Shown in pieces: positions 39,208 through 52,018 of a DNA stretch of 64,000 nucleotides; within the stretch, counting starts at the first letter, position 1, and each line of letters begins with the position of its first letter. The stretch covers positions 331,128 through 395,127 of the IMG/VR virus record IMGVR_UViG_3300024252_000004. One strand, 5' to 3'. The translations under genes were made by a program, and so were the position numbers. The notes under the pieces were generated by a model. That model was not told where the DNA came from. It saw only the letters and a list, made by a program, of their open reading frames with translations, and ran no database searches.

Positions 39208-39749
39208 GTTGGTGCCAAACATATACCGGCCAAATATCATACCCATTGGAGCCGGAGCGTGAGCAGGTTATATCCTTAGAAGATATAGCTCATGCTCTGG
39301 CGCACCAATGTAGGTATAATGGACACTGCAAAAGCTTCTATTCTGTTGCTGAGCATTCAGTTTATGTTGCAGAAGAGATATATCGCAAGACGAGCAGCTA
39401 CGAAGACGCCATGAAGGGCTTGTTACATGATGCGACGGAAGCATACCTTGGCGATATGCCGAGACCGATCAAGGCTTTGATCCCTCAGTTTCAGGAAATT
39501 GAGGCAGAGTGGCATAAGAAAATCTTTGCTCATTTCAAATTAAGTGAAGAGATGCCGTCGATTGTAAAAGAGGTTGACATTCAGTTGCTTTACACTGAAG
39601 CTCAACAGATCATGGTTTGGCCACCGCCACAATCATGGTATTTTCCAGATAACATACAAGGAATTGACGTACAAATTGAGTGCGTAAGTCCCGAAAGGGC
39701 AGAGAGAATGTTCTTAAATCACTTCTCTCGATACAATAAAAATCTCTAA
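39204..39749 (+). CDS. HD-domain phosphohydrolase (YfbR/YfdR-like 5'-deoxynucleotidase)
   Basis: EDIAHALAHQCRYNGH, YSVAEHS, LLHDATEAYLGD..RPIK. Confidence 0.9.
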   Translation: MSWCQTYTGQISYPLEPEREQVISLEDIAHALAHQCRYNGHCKSFYSVAEHSVYVAEEIYRKTSSYEDAMKGLLHDATEAYLGDMPRPIKALIPQFQEIEAEWHKKIFAHFKLSEEMPSIVKEVDIQLLYTEAQQIMVWPPPQSWYFPDNIQGIDVQIECVSPERAERMFLNHFSRYNKNL

Positions 39750-39785
39750 ATTGATAGAGTACACGAAAACTAAGGAAGTTTAACC

Positions 39786-42700
39786 ATGGGTTCTTCAGGC
39801 AAAGCAGCGCCGTTCGTGTCATTACATAACCATACTGAATTGGGTTCCCCATTAGACGGGATGAATGACACCCACGATTTATTCGTGAGGGCAAAAGAAA
39901 TCGATCATGCAGCAGTGGCTGTCACTGATCACGGTACTATGACCGCAATATTCGATGCATGGGAAGCGTCAAAGAAAACGGGTGTACAGTTAATCCCAGG
40001 TATGGAAGCGTATTTCGCTAACGATTTATCAGTAAGGAAGAGTAACCATATGGTCTTCCTTGCCAAGAATGAAATAGGATACAAAAACCTCTTGAGGCTT
40101 AGCTATGAGTCCTTCAAGAATCAGGTAAACAGCTACATGGGCAAAAAGGTTCCGAGAGTATCTTGGAAACACATTGAGAAGTGGAATGAAGGTGTCATTT
40201 GCCTTACTGCTTGCTCCAATGGACTTATCGCCAAAACATTGATTACAGAAGAAGATGAGGCCAAAGCTATTTGCCATATGAATAGGCTTAACAATATCTT
40301 CAAAGATAATTTTTATCTTGAAATCCAGCCGCACTCCCTATATCACACGAATAAAAATGGAAGTGTTATTGATCAAGGCGCTTTGAATTCTGCAATGGTT
40401 CGCCTATCTCACGATATGGGGATTCCATACGTCGTCACTTGCGATGCTCATTACAGAGATGCAGAGCACGCTAAGTATCATGATTTCATGCTTGCTGTGA
40501 AAGATAAAGCGGCTGTAGATGATCCTGACAGATTCCGTTACGGAGTTCAGGACATGTATCTTAAGACTCACGAAGAGATTGTCTCTCACTTTGGTCCTGC
40601 TATCGCACAGAAAGGAATGGATAATTCGATGAAGATCCTTGCCGAGTGTGAGAATCCAACATATCTTGAGCCAAAAGGACCGATCCTTCCAAAGTTTCCT
40701 GTTAGAGATGAGCCTGACTATAAGGCATTCTCTGGTTGGAGAGAAAAGAAGGCTGCTCATGTCGAAGAGGATAAAGCGTATCTTCGTTACAAGTGCATGG
40801 AAGGGTTCAAAAACATATTCCCAATGTTGCCACTTGAGCAAAAAAGAGAATATTGGGACAGAGTTAAAAAGGAGCTTGTCATCCTTGAAGATAAGGATTT
40901 CTCTTCTTACATGCTCATTGTTGCAGACTACACAAATTGGGCAAAAGAGCATATGCCTGTCGGACCAGCGAGAGGCTGTTTAGTTGGAAAAACTCATGTT
41001 ATTATGAAAAATGAAGTCAAAAGGCTTGATCATATAGAAGTAGGTGACGAGCTATTTTCTCATAGCGGAAAGATTCGAAAAGTTACAGATACTATGAAGT
41101 ATGAGGTAGACGAAAACCTTTTAGAAATAGAGACATACTACGGAGATTCAGACCCCCTTGTATTAACAAAAGATCATAAGGTTTTTGCCCAAAAGGCTTT
41201 GCGTCCTGATAATTACAATAATTGGGCTGATTCCACTAAAAAAGCGAGAGCTTCTTGGAAGAAGCCGACTTCGGATATTGAAGAGATTAGCGCAGAAGAC
41301 TTAAGGGTTGGGGACTGGATATTTTACCCAAATTTGGATTTTAAAGGTGAAAACAACCTGACTTGGAATATTAAAAAAAATACAGAACTCATTTCTGTAA
41401 ATTCAGAGTTTGATTATTCTATAAGAGATCTCAGCAAGAAGGCCGGACTTAGCAGGAGCTTTTTAACAAAAGTTGCTAATAGGCTTCCTCTAAATTTGAA
41501 AAATCAGAAAACTAAAGATTGTTTAATTAAGTTATCTGATTCAATAAGAGGATCTTTTGAAAACATAGAAAGCTGGATTTCTTACTGGAAGATAAATAGC
41601 TTCAGAAAGTACCATATAAATAAAGAAATAAAGTTAGATCAAGATTTAGCTTGGTTATTTGGAAAGTGGATTGCGGACGGATGGATGTCTAAAAGTGGAA
41701 AATGGGGAGTATGTTTTCATTCTGATGAAATCGAACAAATGAAAAGGGTTAAGTTTGTGTTGGAAGGCTTGGGGGTTAATTATATTAAAACTTATGAGCA
41801 CAAAACGAAAAAGCTTGTTCAGTTCGAAACCTCAAATAAGCCACTTTTAATATGGTGGAAATCAATTTTTTCAGAATATGAATTTAGTTCGAAAACTAAA
41901 TATATCCCTAAAGACTTAATGAGCGTTTCCAGACCTTTGCTGAGATATCTTATTGCCGGCATTATTGATGGTGATGGTCATATAATGGAAAGCAGAGTTA
42001 ATGTAACTACTGTTTCTAGAAAACTTGCAGAACAGTTAAAATATTGCTATTTAAGATTTTCACTGCCTTCTTCGATTTCTATTAACAAAAGAATTCATAC
42101 ACACCTTGGGCATACAGAGGAAAGCATATCTTATGCTGTAGAGGCTCCAAAAGATTCTAATAAAAATAGATATGTTTGGCACAAAACAGACAAAGGTTTC
42201 TTTGTAAAAATAAACAAAATATCAGAAAGGAAAGATGTAGATTTTGTTTATGACATAACAGTTGATGAGGATCATTCTTATTTGACCACAAATGGTGCAG
42301 TCCATAATTCAGCCGCAGGAAGCTTGGTCGCATTCTTAATTGGATGTACGACCATCAATCCTATGGATTATGGTCTTATCTTTGAGAGATTCCATAATGC
42401 ACAGAAGACCAGTTTTCCAGATATCGATACAGATTTCGCTGAACCCGGAAAGGTTAAGGAATATCTAAAAGCTAAATACGGAGAAGATAAGGTTGCATCA
42501 ATCTCTAACCTATCAACTATGTCTCCGAAGGTCGCGCTTAAAGATGCGGCTCGTTCATTGAGACTTGGCGGGGATAAGAGTTCTGCATTCAAAATCGCCA
42601 ACCATTTAACATCAATTATGCCTGACGCGAATTCTATCGAAGAAGCGATTGCTGCAAGCATGGCGACTGACCAACAGGATTTCGCAAGGGAAATGAGGCG

Positions 42701-44561
42701 TTACCCTGAGCTTTACGAGTACGCTACAAAGCTCCAAGGTTTGACCAGAAACTGGGGTATGCATGCGGCTGGAGTTGTAATTTCTGATGTACCTCTTTAC
42801 GAACTTGTTCCTCTTAGGATTGATCAGGTTGACCCGAAGAATCCAGACACTTGGATTACTGCAACTCAGTGGGAAAAGAAGCGTTGTGAGAAGTTCGGTC
42901 TTGTAAAGATGGATTGTCTTGGTTTGAAAACATTGGTTGTTATCGATGATGCTGTAAAAATCATTCAGGATAGAACCGGTGAGGTTCTTGATATGGAGCA
43001 AGTAGCATTAGACGATTCAAGCACCTATGATATGATTGGAAGAGGCGAAACTGCTGGCGTATTTCAGTTGGAATCTTCAATGACCCCATACTGTATCAAG
43101 ATTAAGCCAAGAGATATCGAAGGAATCTCAGCTATTAATGCACTTGGAAGACCTTCTTGCACTAAGGAAGTTAGAAAAGAATACATTGATAGAGTTCTTG
43201 GACATGAGCCAGTCAAATTTGATCACCCCAAACTCGAAAGATCTTTGGGTGGCACTGCTGGTATTCTTCTGTACGAAGAGTCTGCGATGTATGTTGCGGC
43301 TGACGTTGCAGGATGGGACTTCAACCAAGCAGATGGGTTGAGAAAGCTTTCAAAGTATAAGGGAAGCGATCCTGAGCTTGCATTAAAACTTGAGGCTTCT
43401 TTCGTGAATGACTCTGTTGAACATGGAGGACTGAAGTATAAGGAAGGCATGCATATCTGGAAGAAATTCATTGAGCCTATGAGCGGTTACTCGTTCAACA
43501 AAAGTCACTCAATATCTTACTCCAAAATTTCATATTGGACTGCATGGCTCAGGTGTCACTTCCCAACGGAATTCATGTGCGCTTTGATGAACTCGGAAAA
43601 CCCGAATTCTGATAAGACTCAAGAATACTTGAATGAGTGTCGTAAGATGAAAATCGAAATTACACCTCCAAACGTAGCTAAAAGTGGAGGTAACTACGTC
43701 GTAACAGATGATAGTAAAATCGCCACAGGCTTGTCCGCTGTCAAGGGCGTTGGAGACTCTGCCATTATAGAAATCATCTCTGCGGCTCCTGAGTCACTTG
43801 TTGAATTCTTTGCTAAAACAGCAGGTAGGAAAGTTAACAAGAGGGTAATGGAGGCTTTAGCAAAAGCTGGAGCGTTTGATTGTTTCGGGATTACCCGTAA
43901 AGACATCTATGAGAACTATGCTAAATACAGAACAAAGGTGAACGCTGCCATCAAGAAGGTCAAGGATCGTAAGATCAGGAACCTTATGGAGAGGGAAAAC
44001 ACTCTTGAAATCTTTAAAGCTCTAAAGGCTAAAGAGAAGAAGGAAATGAAGGCTGGTTACGAGGAGATGATTTGCATCTCAGATGAGGAGCTTGACTCTA
44101 TCCTTGAGCCAATTTCTTTCGACCAGACTTTTGAAGAGTGGGATCGCAAGACTCTTCTTATGAATGAAATGGAAGTTCTTGGGAGAACCATCAGCGGCCA
44201 GCTTCATGAAGTATTTGGTTCATTCTTCCGCAGAGGTAGTTCAATTGTGACTCCGTTATCTAAGGTTCCATCACTTGAAGTGAAAGAGAAAGTTAAGATT
44301 GAGGTAATTGTGAAAGCCTTGATTAAGGAATTCAAGATTAAAAACGGTAAGAATGTTGGAAGAAGGTTTGCTAAGTATTTGGTCGAAGACATTCATGGTG
44401 ACACTATTGGAATGACCGTTTGGGCTGACGATTATGAAAGGTACCGAACAATCCTTAAAGACGGCGTTCCCTTGAAAGCTATTTGTCGAGTGAATGAATT
44501 CATGGGTAAAAAAGATTTGGCATTGGCCGTTCTTGAAAACGTCGCGGGCAAAAGGGTATGA
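39786..44561 (+). CDS. dnaE: DNA polymerase III alpha subunit, intein-containing
   Basis: PHP domain (LHNH, TDHG, DAHY), GPARG/SAAGS, FPDIDTDF, HAAG, KMDCLGL, GVFQLES, YSFNKSHS, OB fold. Confidence 0.97.
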   Translation: MGSSGKAAPFVSLHNHTELGSPLDGMNDTHDLFVRAKEIDHAAVAVTDHGTMTAIFDAWEASKKTGVQLIPGMEAYFANDLSVRKSNHMVFLAKNEIGYKNLLRLSYESFKNQVNSYMGKKVPRVSWKHIEKWNEGVICLTACSNGLIAKTLITEEDEAKAICHMNRLNNIFKDNFYLEIQPHSLYHTNKNGSVIDQGALNSAMVRLSHDMGIPYVVTCDAHYRDAEHAKYHDFMLAVKDKAAVDDPDRFRYGVQDMYLKTHEEIVSHFGPAIAQKGMDNSMKILAECENPTYLEPKGPILPKFPVRDEPDYKAFSGWREKKAAHVEEDKAYLRYKCMEGFKNIFPMLPLEQKREYWDRVKKELVILEDKDFSSYMLIVADYTNWAKEHMPVGPARGCLVGKTHVIMKNEVKRLDHIEVGDELFSHSGKIRKVTDTMKYEVDENLLEIETYYGDSDPLVLTKDHKVFAQKALRPDNYNNWADSTKKARASWKKPTSDIEEISAEDLRVGDWIFYPNLDFKGENNLTWNIKKNTELISVNSEFDYSIRDLSKKAGLSRSFLTKVANRLPLNLKNQKTKDCLIKLSDSIRGSFENIESWISYWKINSFRKYHINKEIKLDQDLAWLFGKWIADGWMSKSGKWGVCFHSDEIEQMKRVKFVLEGLGVNYIKTYEHKTKKLVQFETSNKPLLIWWKSIFSEYEFSSKTKYIPKDLMSVSRPLLRYLIAGIIDGDGHIMESRVNVTTVSRKLAEQLKYCYLRFSLPSSISINKRIHTHLGHTEESISYAVEAPKDSNKNRYVWHKTDKGFFVKINKISERKDVDFVYDITVDEDHSYLTTNGAVHNSAAGSLVAFLIGCTTINPMDYGLIFERFHNAQKTSFPDIDTDFAEPGKVKEYLKAKYGEDKVASISNLSTMSPKVALKDAARSLRLGGDKSSAFKIANHLTSIMPDANSIEEAIAASMATDQQDFAREMRRYPELYEYATKLQGLTRNWGMHAAGVVISDVPLYELVPLRIDQVDPKNPDTWITATQWEKKRCEKFGLVKMDCLGLKTLVVIDDAVKIIQDRTGEVLDMEQVALDDSSTYDMIGRGETAGVFQLESSMTPYCIKIKPRDIEGISAINALGRPSCTKEVRKEYIDRVLGHEPVKFDHPKLERSLGGTAGILLYEESAMYVAADVAGWDFNQADGLRKLSKYKGSDPELALKLEASFVNDSVEHGGLKYKEGMHIWKKFIEPMSGYSFNKSHSISYSKISYWTAWLRCHFPTEFMCALMNSENPNSDKTQEYLNECRKMKIEITPPNVAKSGGNYVVTDDSKIATGLSAVKGVGDSAIIEIISAAPESLVEFFAKTAGRKVNKRVMEALAKAGAFDCFGITRKDIYENYAKYRTKVNAAIKKVKDRKIRNLMERENTLEIFKALKAKEKKEMKAGYEEMICISDEELDSILEPISFDQTFEEWDRKTLLMNEMEVLGRTISGQLHEVFGSFFRRGSSIVTPLSKVPSLEVKEKVKIEVIVKALIKEFKIKNGKNVGRRFAKYLVEDIHGDTIGMTVWADDYERYRTILKDGVPLKAICRVNEFMGKKDLALAVLENVAGKRV
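40977..42308 (+). mobile_element. intein (444 aa) with LAGLIDADG homing endonuclease in DnaE
   Basis: Begins CLVGKT after GPARG, ends VYDITV...AVHN before SAAGS; LFGKWIADG and LIAGIIDGDG blocks; AT-rich relative to flanks. Confidence 0.95.
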
Positions 44562-44746
44562 GAAACATCAAAGCAAAACGAAACAGGGTCTTCCATAGAT
44601 CCTGCGGAAGAAAGAAGAAGTTTTCGTCAAAAGACGAAGTAGCGGAAGCTGCCGACAAAATCTATCTTGATAGAAAAGTCGTTTTGTCTTGGTATCTCTG
44701 CACCTTCTGCTTTGGATGGCACTTAACGAAAAGAGAGGGAAACTAA
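44558..44746 (+). CDS. small zinc-finger phage protein
   Basis: C..KKKF.S...A...Y.C.FC.GWHLT. Confidence 0.7.
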   Translation: MRNIKAKRNRVFHRSCGRKKKFSSKDEVAEAADKIYLDRKVVLSWYLCTFCFGWHLTKREGN

Positions 44747-45244
44747 ATGAATTGTGGAAAATGTAAATTTGCAGTAAATCAGGACATGAAGTTTGCTCTA
44801 ATGAAGAATATTTGTCCAGCCTGTGGCTCTCAACTATTCTCTGACAATGAGATGCGCGACATATCTTTGTTAAGGAATCGTCTAGGGAAGCAGAGCTTTT
44901 CAATAGATTTCTCTGAGGAACTCGCATTCGATATTGCACTGTTTGTAATGAATGAGATTAAGAATGGTATTGGGCAGAAGTATTTCCAGAAGATGATGAC
45001 AAACTCAGGACCGCCTATATCGGCAGAAGAGGGTGAGGAAGAAACTGATGCGGAAGCTAAGGCTCGTATGAGGGCGCAAGTAGCTCGTGAATACGAGGAG
45101 CTTCAGGAAATGCCCGAAGAAACGATAACCGTCAGAACGAGGGCTGAAAGCGCAAATGAAAAAGCTAAGCGTCTAAGAGATATTGCCAGAAAAGCCGGCG
45201 TTGGAAGTAAGTCAGGAGCGATGGTAAGAAGGGCAGGCTCATGA
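44747..45244 (+). CDS. hypothetical protein with N-terminal zinc ribbon
   Basis: CGKC...CPACG; GAGGG RBS. Confidence 0.7.
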   Translation: MNCGKCKFAVNQDMKFALMKNICPACGSQLFSDNEMRDISLLRNRLGKQSFSIDFSEELAFDIALFVMNEIKNGIGQKYFQKMMTNSGPPISAEEGEEETDAEAKARMRAQVAREYEELQEMPEETITVRTRAESANEKAKRLRDIARKAGVGSKSGAMVRRAGS

Positions 45245-45540
45245 TTAGGACCGTCGCTGGGCGCATAGTTGATATGACGAATGCTGAATATGAGTACTGC
45301 GAAGAACTCATGAAGGTTTTTGGAAAATCTGTTTTCGCTGACACATTCCAGTCTGATGACGAGGGTAGGATATTATCAGTCACCCCGTCCACGACGGACC
45401 CGACCTCGATGGCCATCATCTTTTTTCTGCTAAACTTAACAATGAATCAAAGGTTAAGAGCGGTTGATTCAAAATTGAACAAACTGGAATTTCTGGAAAA
45501 CAGAGTTTCGGAGCTTGAAAAGAGGTTGAATGATGAGTAG
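45241..45540 (+). CDS. hypothetical protein
   Basis: ATGA overlap, C-terminal coiled coil. Confidence 0.7.
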   Translation: MIRTVAGRIVDMTNAEYEYCEELMKVFGKSVFADTFQSDDEGRILSVTPSTTDPTSMAIIFFLLNLTMNQRLRAVDSKLNKLEFLENRVSELEKRLNDE

Positions 45541-46111
45541 TTTTCTTAAAGTTGCAGATCTAAGCTATTTTACGATAGCTGCTTTGGATACTTCAGAGAT
45601 TGATAAAATCGCTGCATGGTTTCCGAAGGGCGGAGTGGTTGACGTAAACATTGCTGAACGTGGAATGATTTATTCTCTTCATGGGCAGAATGTATGTCAG
45701 GAGCATATTGCCAAGATTGATATTTGGATCGGATATAAAGAGTCTGAAAAGAACAGAGCGTGGTTTGGCGCAATTGGTAGAGCGAAGGCAGCAGGATATA
45801 AAACGGTTAAAGATAAAGAGTGGTTTGGAAACGCTGACGATGAGTACATTGATGCGCTTAATGAGCTAACTTTGGCGAAGGCTGCTAAGAAATATTTTGA
45901 GAATAAAGCCGGCAATTTTTCAAGCTGGCACTATGCTTTCAAGACTTTCCTTAATAGAGATTATTCTCTCGAACGGCTTGGAAATGTCCAGTCGAACGGG
46001 TATAATATAGGGAGAGACTTAGGGTCGGAATTACACTCCACCGACCCAGAATCAACAGAAGTTGATGAAAAAAACTGGGGTGATACTGAAGACGATACGA
46101 TGTGGAAATAG
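45530..46111 (+). CDS. hypothetical helical protein, possible UvsY-like recombination mediator
   Basis: KEWFGNADDEYIDALNEL resemblance and position just before SSB; function weakly supported. Confidence 0.55.
   Translation: MMSSFLKVADLSYFTIAALDTSEIDKIAAWFPKGGVVDVNIAERGMIYSLHGQNVCQEHIAKIDIWIGYKESEKNRAWFGAIGRAKAAGYKTVKDKEWFGNADDEYIDALNELTLAKAAKKYFENKAGNFSSWHYAFKTFLNRDYSLERLGNVQSNGYNIGRDLGSELHSTDPESTEVDEKNWGDTEDDTMWK
45978..46006 (+). promoter_or_regulatory. sigma70-like promoter upstream of SSB gene
   Basis: TTGGAA-17 nt-TATAAT. Confidence 0.45.
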
Positions 46112-46176
46112 TCCCATTTGCTATAACTTTTTAGCAAGGACTCACGATAAAACAAAGTCAATAAGGAGAAACTTAA

Positions 46177-46824
46177 ATGGCAGATTTAACATTTGGTGAA
46201 GTAGATTGGAATGATCCTGAGGTAGATTCAGGTGGCCGTGGACCGCGCACAGAGTTCATGAGATTAGAGCAGGGTTCGAGCGTAGTTCGTGTCATGGGCC
46301 AGCCAATCAAATTCTATGTAAACTGGGTAGATACCACTGAGGGCAAGCGCAGAAAGGTAAACACCCCAATCGAGGATGCCGGCCTTGTCGATAAGCTTGA
46401 GGAAGCTGGATTTAAGCGTTCAACCCGTTGGTTGCTTAAGGTTCTGGATCGTTCCGACGACACTTTCAAGCTTCTTGAGGTTGGCCCCCAGATTTTCAAG
46501 GGCATCCGCGATCTCGTTCAGAACCCGAAGTGGGGCAAGGTTACTTCTTATGATGTAACTATCAACAGAGGACCCAAGGGTCAACAGCCTCTCTACAATG
46601 TGTATCCTGATCCTAAGGAAGCATTGGCCGCAGAACTCCAGGGAACCTGGAAGGACTTCAATGAGAGCCTCAACATTGAGAGACTCATTACTCCATCCGA
46701 TCCTGCTCATGTATATGAGCTTCTTGGTTGGGCACCTCCAGGCGCTGCGTCTGAGTCCGCTTCGGCCGAGACTGAGACTCCAGCCGAGGGTGGCGAAAGC
46801 TTTGAATTCGAATTTGATGGTTGA
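46177..46824 (+). CDS. single-stranded DNA-binding protein (phage gp32-like)
   Basis: FMRL..G...VRV, LLEVGPQIF, YDVTINR..KG..PLY.V, acidic aromatic tail ESFEFEFDG; strong AAGGAG RBS. Confidence 0.75.
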   Translation: MADLTFGEVDWNDPEVDSGGRGPRTEFMRLEQGSSVVRVMGQPIKFYVNWVDTTEGKRRKVNTPIEDAGLVDKLEEAGFKRSTRWLLKVLDRSDDTFKLLEVGPQIFKGIRDLVQNPKWGKVTSYDVTINRGPKGQQPLYNVYPDPKEALAAELQGTWKDFNESLNIERLITPSDPAHVYELLGWAPPGAASESASAETETPAEGGESFEFEFDG

Positions 46825-46850
46825 TCCTCAAAATTGAATATCTGAAATTC

Positions 46851-46898
46851 ACAAAGAACCCCCGTACATTTCAGCAGACGTGTACGGGGGTTCTTTGT
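46851..46898. terminator. bidirectional terminator between convergent genes
   Basis: Perfect 18-bp inverted repeat ACAAAGAACCCCCGTACA / TGTACGGGGGTTCTTTGT. Confidence 0.85.
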
Positions 46899-46926
46899 TT
46901 GGAGAAAAGTGACCATGAAAGAAGTT

Positions 46927-47469
46927 TTAGATGAGTTGCTCTTTAGATAAAAAATAAGCAACACCAATGACAATGCTGTCAGCTTCATCTTCGCACTCTT
47001 TTTTAACGTTCCCAATCTTGTTAAGATGCGTTTTGTAATTTAAAAACTCTTTGGCGAAAATGATTGAATCTTCCTTCTCTTTTATCTCAAAATCATAAGA
47101 GTTCTTGATTAACTTTCTTGCAGTATTTACATTTATTGCGATTATTTTAGATATCCCATTTTGATATGCACATAGCCTAACTGTTTCATTGAATACACTT
47201 AAGATTCTAATTGTATTTGCAGAGCTTTTACCTTTCGGAAATTTTAAAGCATAATCTTCCACCGCAAATATGTCCGGCTGATGTTCTTCAATAAGTTCTT
47301 TTATTGCCTTGCAGGCATCATCAAGTCTTAGATGAAGAAGTCCGGCAGCCTTTTTTTTAGTAAGAGGCTTTATATGGCCATATTTATGCAAGCTGATCAA
47401 ATTGCTTTCTATAATAAAAGTTGACCAACCAATGGTAGCACTAGATATATCTAGTGATAAAATTTTCAT
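46927..47469 (-). CDS. RuvC-like Holliday junction resolvase
   Basis: ILSLDISSATIGW, AVED, DEADSIVIG; GGAG RBS on minus strand. Confidence 0.85.
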   Translation of the reverse strand: MKILSLDISSATIGWSTFIIESNLISLHKYGHIKPLTKKKAAGLLHLRLDDACKAIKELIEEHQPDIFAVEDYALKFPKGKSSANTIRILSVFNETVRLCAYQNGISKIIAINVNTARKLIKNSYDFEIKEKEDSIIFAKEFLNYKTHLNKIGNVKKECEDEADSIVIGVAYFLSKEQLI

Positions 47470-47533
47470 AAGAACTCCTTGTATGACTTCAGTTTTTGTA
47501 GTATAACTAACTTATACCAAAACTGAGGTCATA

Positions 47534-49922
<2,389 letters not shown>

Positions 49923-49923
49923 G

Positions 49924-50394
49924 ATGATTTGTTCTAAATGCGGAAAGAATAAAGATTTAGACCATTTTCATTTCAGGAAAGAAAGTGGAAAGTATCGAAA
50001 ACAGTGCAGGGATTGCTTTAATCAAAAGTGTTCAGAATATAGAAAGAAGAATTCTGAAACAATTAAGGCAAGGAACTACAAATACAGCAGAACAGTTGAT
50101 GGCAGATTTGCGAGCTTTAAGGCATTAGCCAAAACTAAAGGCATTGAGCAAAAATTAACAAAAGAGGACTTTGAGGAATTACAAACTAACCAATGCAACT
50201 ACTGTGGAGATAATTTCGATAGAGGTACCGGATATGGGATTGATAGAGTTGATTCTAATATTGGGTATTACAAAGAAAACTCCGTAGCATGTTGTAGCAA
50301 ATGTAATTTCGCGAAACACGAATTAGAATATAACGAATTTGTTCAGCATATTTTGAAAATGGCAAAACACATTGGGCTAAATCACAAATACTAA
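49924..50394 (+). CDS. HNH homing endonuclease-like protein
   Basis: CSKC..CRDC; CNYCG, GIDRVDSNIGY..ENSVACCSKCNFAK; same family as 20176. Confidence 0.82.
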   Translation: MICSKCGKNKDLDHFHFRKESGKYRKQCRDCFNQKCSEYRKKNSETIKARNYKYSRTVDGRFASFKALAKTKGIEQKLTKEDFEELQTNQCNYCGDNFDRGTGYGIDRVDSNIGYYKENSVACCSKCNFAKHELEYNEFVQHILKMAKHIGLNHKY

Positions 50395-50404
50395 GGAGAC
50401 ATAA

Positions 50405-51577
50405 ATGTCAGAAAAACTATCACCTGGGAAAGCATATTCCCAGGTCGCCAGCATGTTCGGCGAAGAAAACATCTTTTTGAACCCAAGAGATATCCCACCT
50501 GTAGAGACTACACCATCCGGCTCACCGGCTCTTGATAGAGCATTGGGAGTTGGAGGCTACCCTCTTGGAAGAATTATGCAGGTGGCAGGAACGCCCTCTG
50601 CTGGTAAGACGCAGCTAACACTTATTGCCGCAGCAGAATGGATGGCATTGGACCCAGGAAATTGTGCATGCTTTATTGATGCAGAGTATACTTATGATCC
50701 AGATTGGGCTGAGCTACTCGGAGTTGATAATGACAGAATGATGCTCATTAAGACAAACGCTGCTGAAAAGATTTTCACAGGCTTGGTTGGCAAAACCACA
50801 AAGACTGCGAAGACTGTAAAGCATGTGGACGGATTGCTCGATATGATTGAGAACGGTCAAACTATCCAGGGAAAGAATGCAAGGGACGAGACTAGAACAT
50901 TCGACCTTGGCAAAATGCGAGTCATAATCGTAGATTCTGTAGCTTCTATGAACACTCCTACGGAAGAGGCTTCCATAGTTGGTAAGCAGAATGTTGCATC
51001 TATGGCGAGATTCTTAACTACAGAGCTTAAAAAGTTGACCCCAGCGGTCGCTAAGGCTAACGTAGCACTGTTCGGCATCAACCATGTCAAGACAGCTATT
51101 GGAGTTATGTATGGCGATCCTACAACTACTCCTGGCGGAAGGGCATGGCACCACGCTTGCTCTGTGCAGATTATGGTAGCGACCATCAACAAGAAGGAAG
51201 CTAAGATTTTCAACCATAATGACGAGCAGATTGGGCACAAGGTTCGTGCCAAGATTACAAAGAACAAATGTGCTCCACCTTTCAAGAAGGCAGAGTACAG
51301 CATTGAGTATGTGGTCGGAATGGTCAAACAGGAAGAGGAATTGTTCGAGGCAGGTCTTCTTGAAAACTTATTCGAACGCCCCAATAACAGAACTTATATC
51401 TATAGGGGAGAGACGATTGTTGGTAAAGACAAATTCATTGCTCACATTGGGACCCGACTTGAGCAGGTAGAAACCGATCTTAGAGCATCTTATCTTGATA
51501 ACGAGATATCCGAAACGCCCGATCCTGGCGTAGAGGTAGAAACATTTACGGCGGAGACTGTTGACGAATTATTCTAA
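50405..51577 (+). CDS. recA: recombinase RecA
   Basis: SGSPALDRALGVGGYPLGRI, GTPSAGKT, FIDAE, VDSVA, TTPGGRA, KNKCAPPFK. Confidence 0.96.
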   Translation: MSEKLSPGKAYSQVASMFGEENIFLNPRDIPPVETTPSGSPALDRALGVGGYPLGRIMQVAGTPSAGKTQLTLIAAAEWMALDPGNCACFIDAEYTYDPDWAELLGVDNDRMMLIKTNAAEKIFTGLVGKTTKTAKTVKHVDGLLDMIENGQTIQGKNARDETRTFDLGKMRVIIVDSVASMNTPTEEASIVGKQNVASMARFLTTELKKLTPAVAKANVALFGINHVKTAIGVMYGDPTTTPGGRAWHHACSVQIMVATINKKEAKIFNHNDEQIGHKVRAKITKNKCAPPFKKAEYSIEYVVGMVKQEEELFEAGLLENLFERPNNRTYIYRGETIVGKDKFIAHIGTRLEQVETDLRASYLDNEISETPDPGVEVETFTAETVDELF

Positions 51578-51590
51578 GAAACTTTTGAGC

Positions 51591-51620
51591 AACGGCACCG
51601 ACTATTCTGTCGGTGCCGTT
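51591..51620 (+). terminator. terminator hairpin after recA
   Basis: AACGGCACCGAC-TATTCT-GTCGGTGCCGTT perfect 12-bp stem. Confidence 0.75.
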
Positions 51621-51649
51621 TGACTTTGTACTGAGGAAACCGGTAATTC

Positions 51650-51657
51650 TACTAATG
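51650..51657 (+). promoter_or_regulatory. TACTAATG putative promoter element
   Basis: Intergenic, 21 nt before ATG 51671. Confidence 0.45.
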
Positions 51658-51670
51658 TAGGGAGCTGAAG

Positions 51671-52018
51671 ATGTTATTACGCTGCAACCCTGGTTGTAAA
51701 TTGAGTGATGGAACTACGGAGGGGTCTTTAGATCCTGATACAGATGAGGTCATCTGCAAAAACTGTGGTCTTGAACTAATGAATGTTGCCTCGTTCACCA
51801 AGAGGTCTATGAAAAGCAGTGGAGATGTAATTAAGAAGGACGGCAAAGCGTTCATTTTTGATTGCAAAACTTGTAAGAAAAAAGTTGAAACTTCCGTTGT
51901 TGATGGTGACCTTAAAGGCTTAGGCTGCGAGAAAGATTGTAAGTTCAATGTATCTCGTTTTATGATAAACTCGATGGAAAATGTTGGAACAAATGATGAT
52001 GAATCGAGAGAAGCGTAA
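51671..52018 (+). CDS. Cys-rich zinc-binding protein
   Basis: CNPGC, CKNC, CKTC, CEKDC; GGAG RBS. Confidence 0.72.
   Translation: MLLRCNPGCKLSDGTTEGSLDPDTDEVICKNCGLELMNVASFTKRSMKSSGDVIKKDGKAFIFDCKTCKKKVETSVVDGDLKGLGCEKDCKFNVSRFMINSMENVGTNDDESREA

Noticed and set aside
3405-46155. Possible third upstream motif (GTGAAAAA/CGTAAAAA/CTGAAAAA near 3408, 10592, 15999, 38368)
   Set aside because: Too short and A-rich to distinguish from background without statistics.
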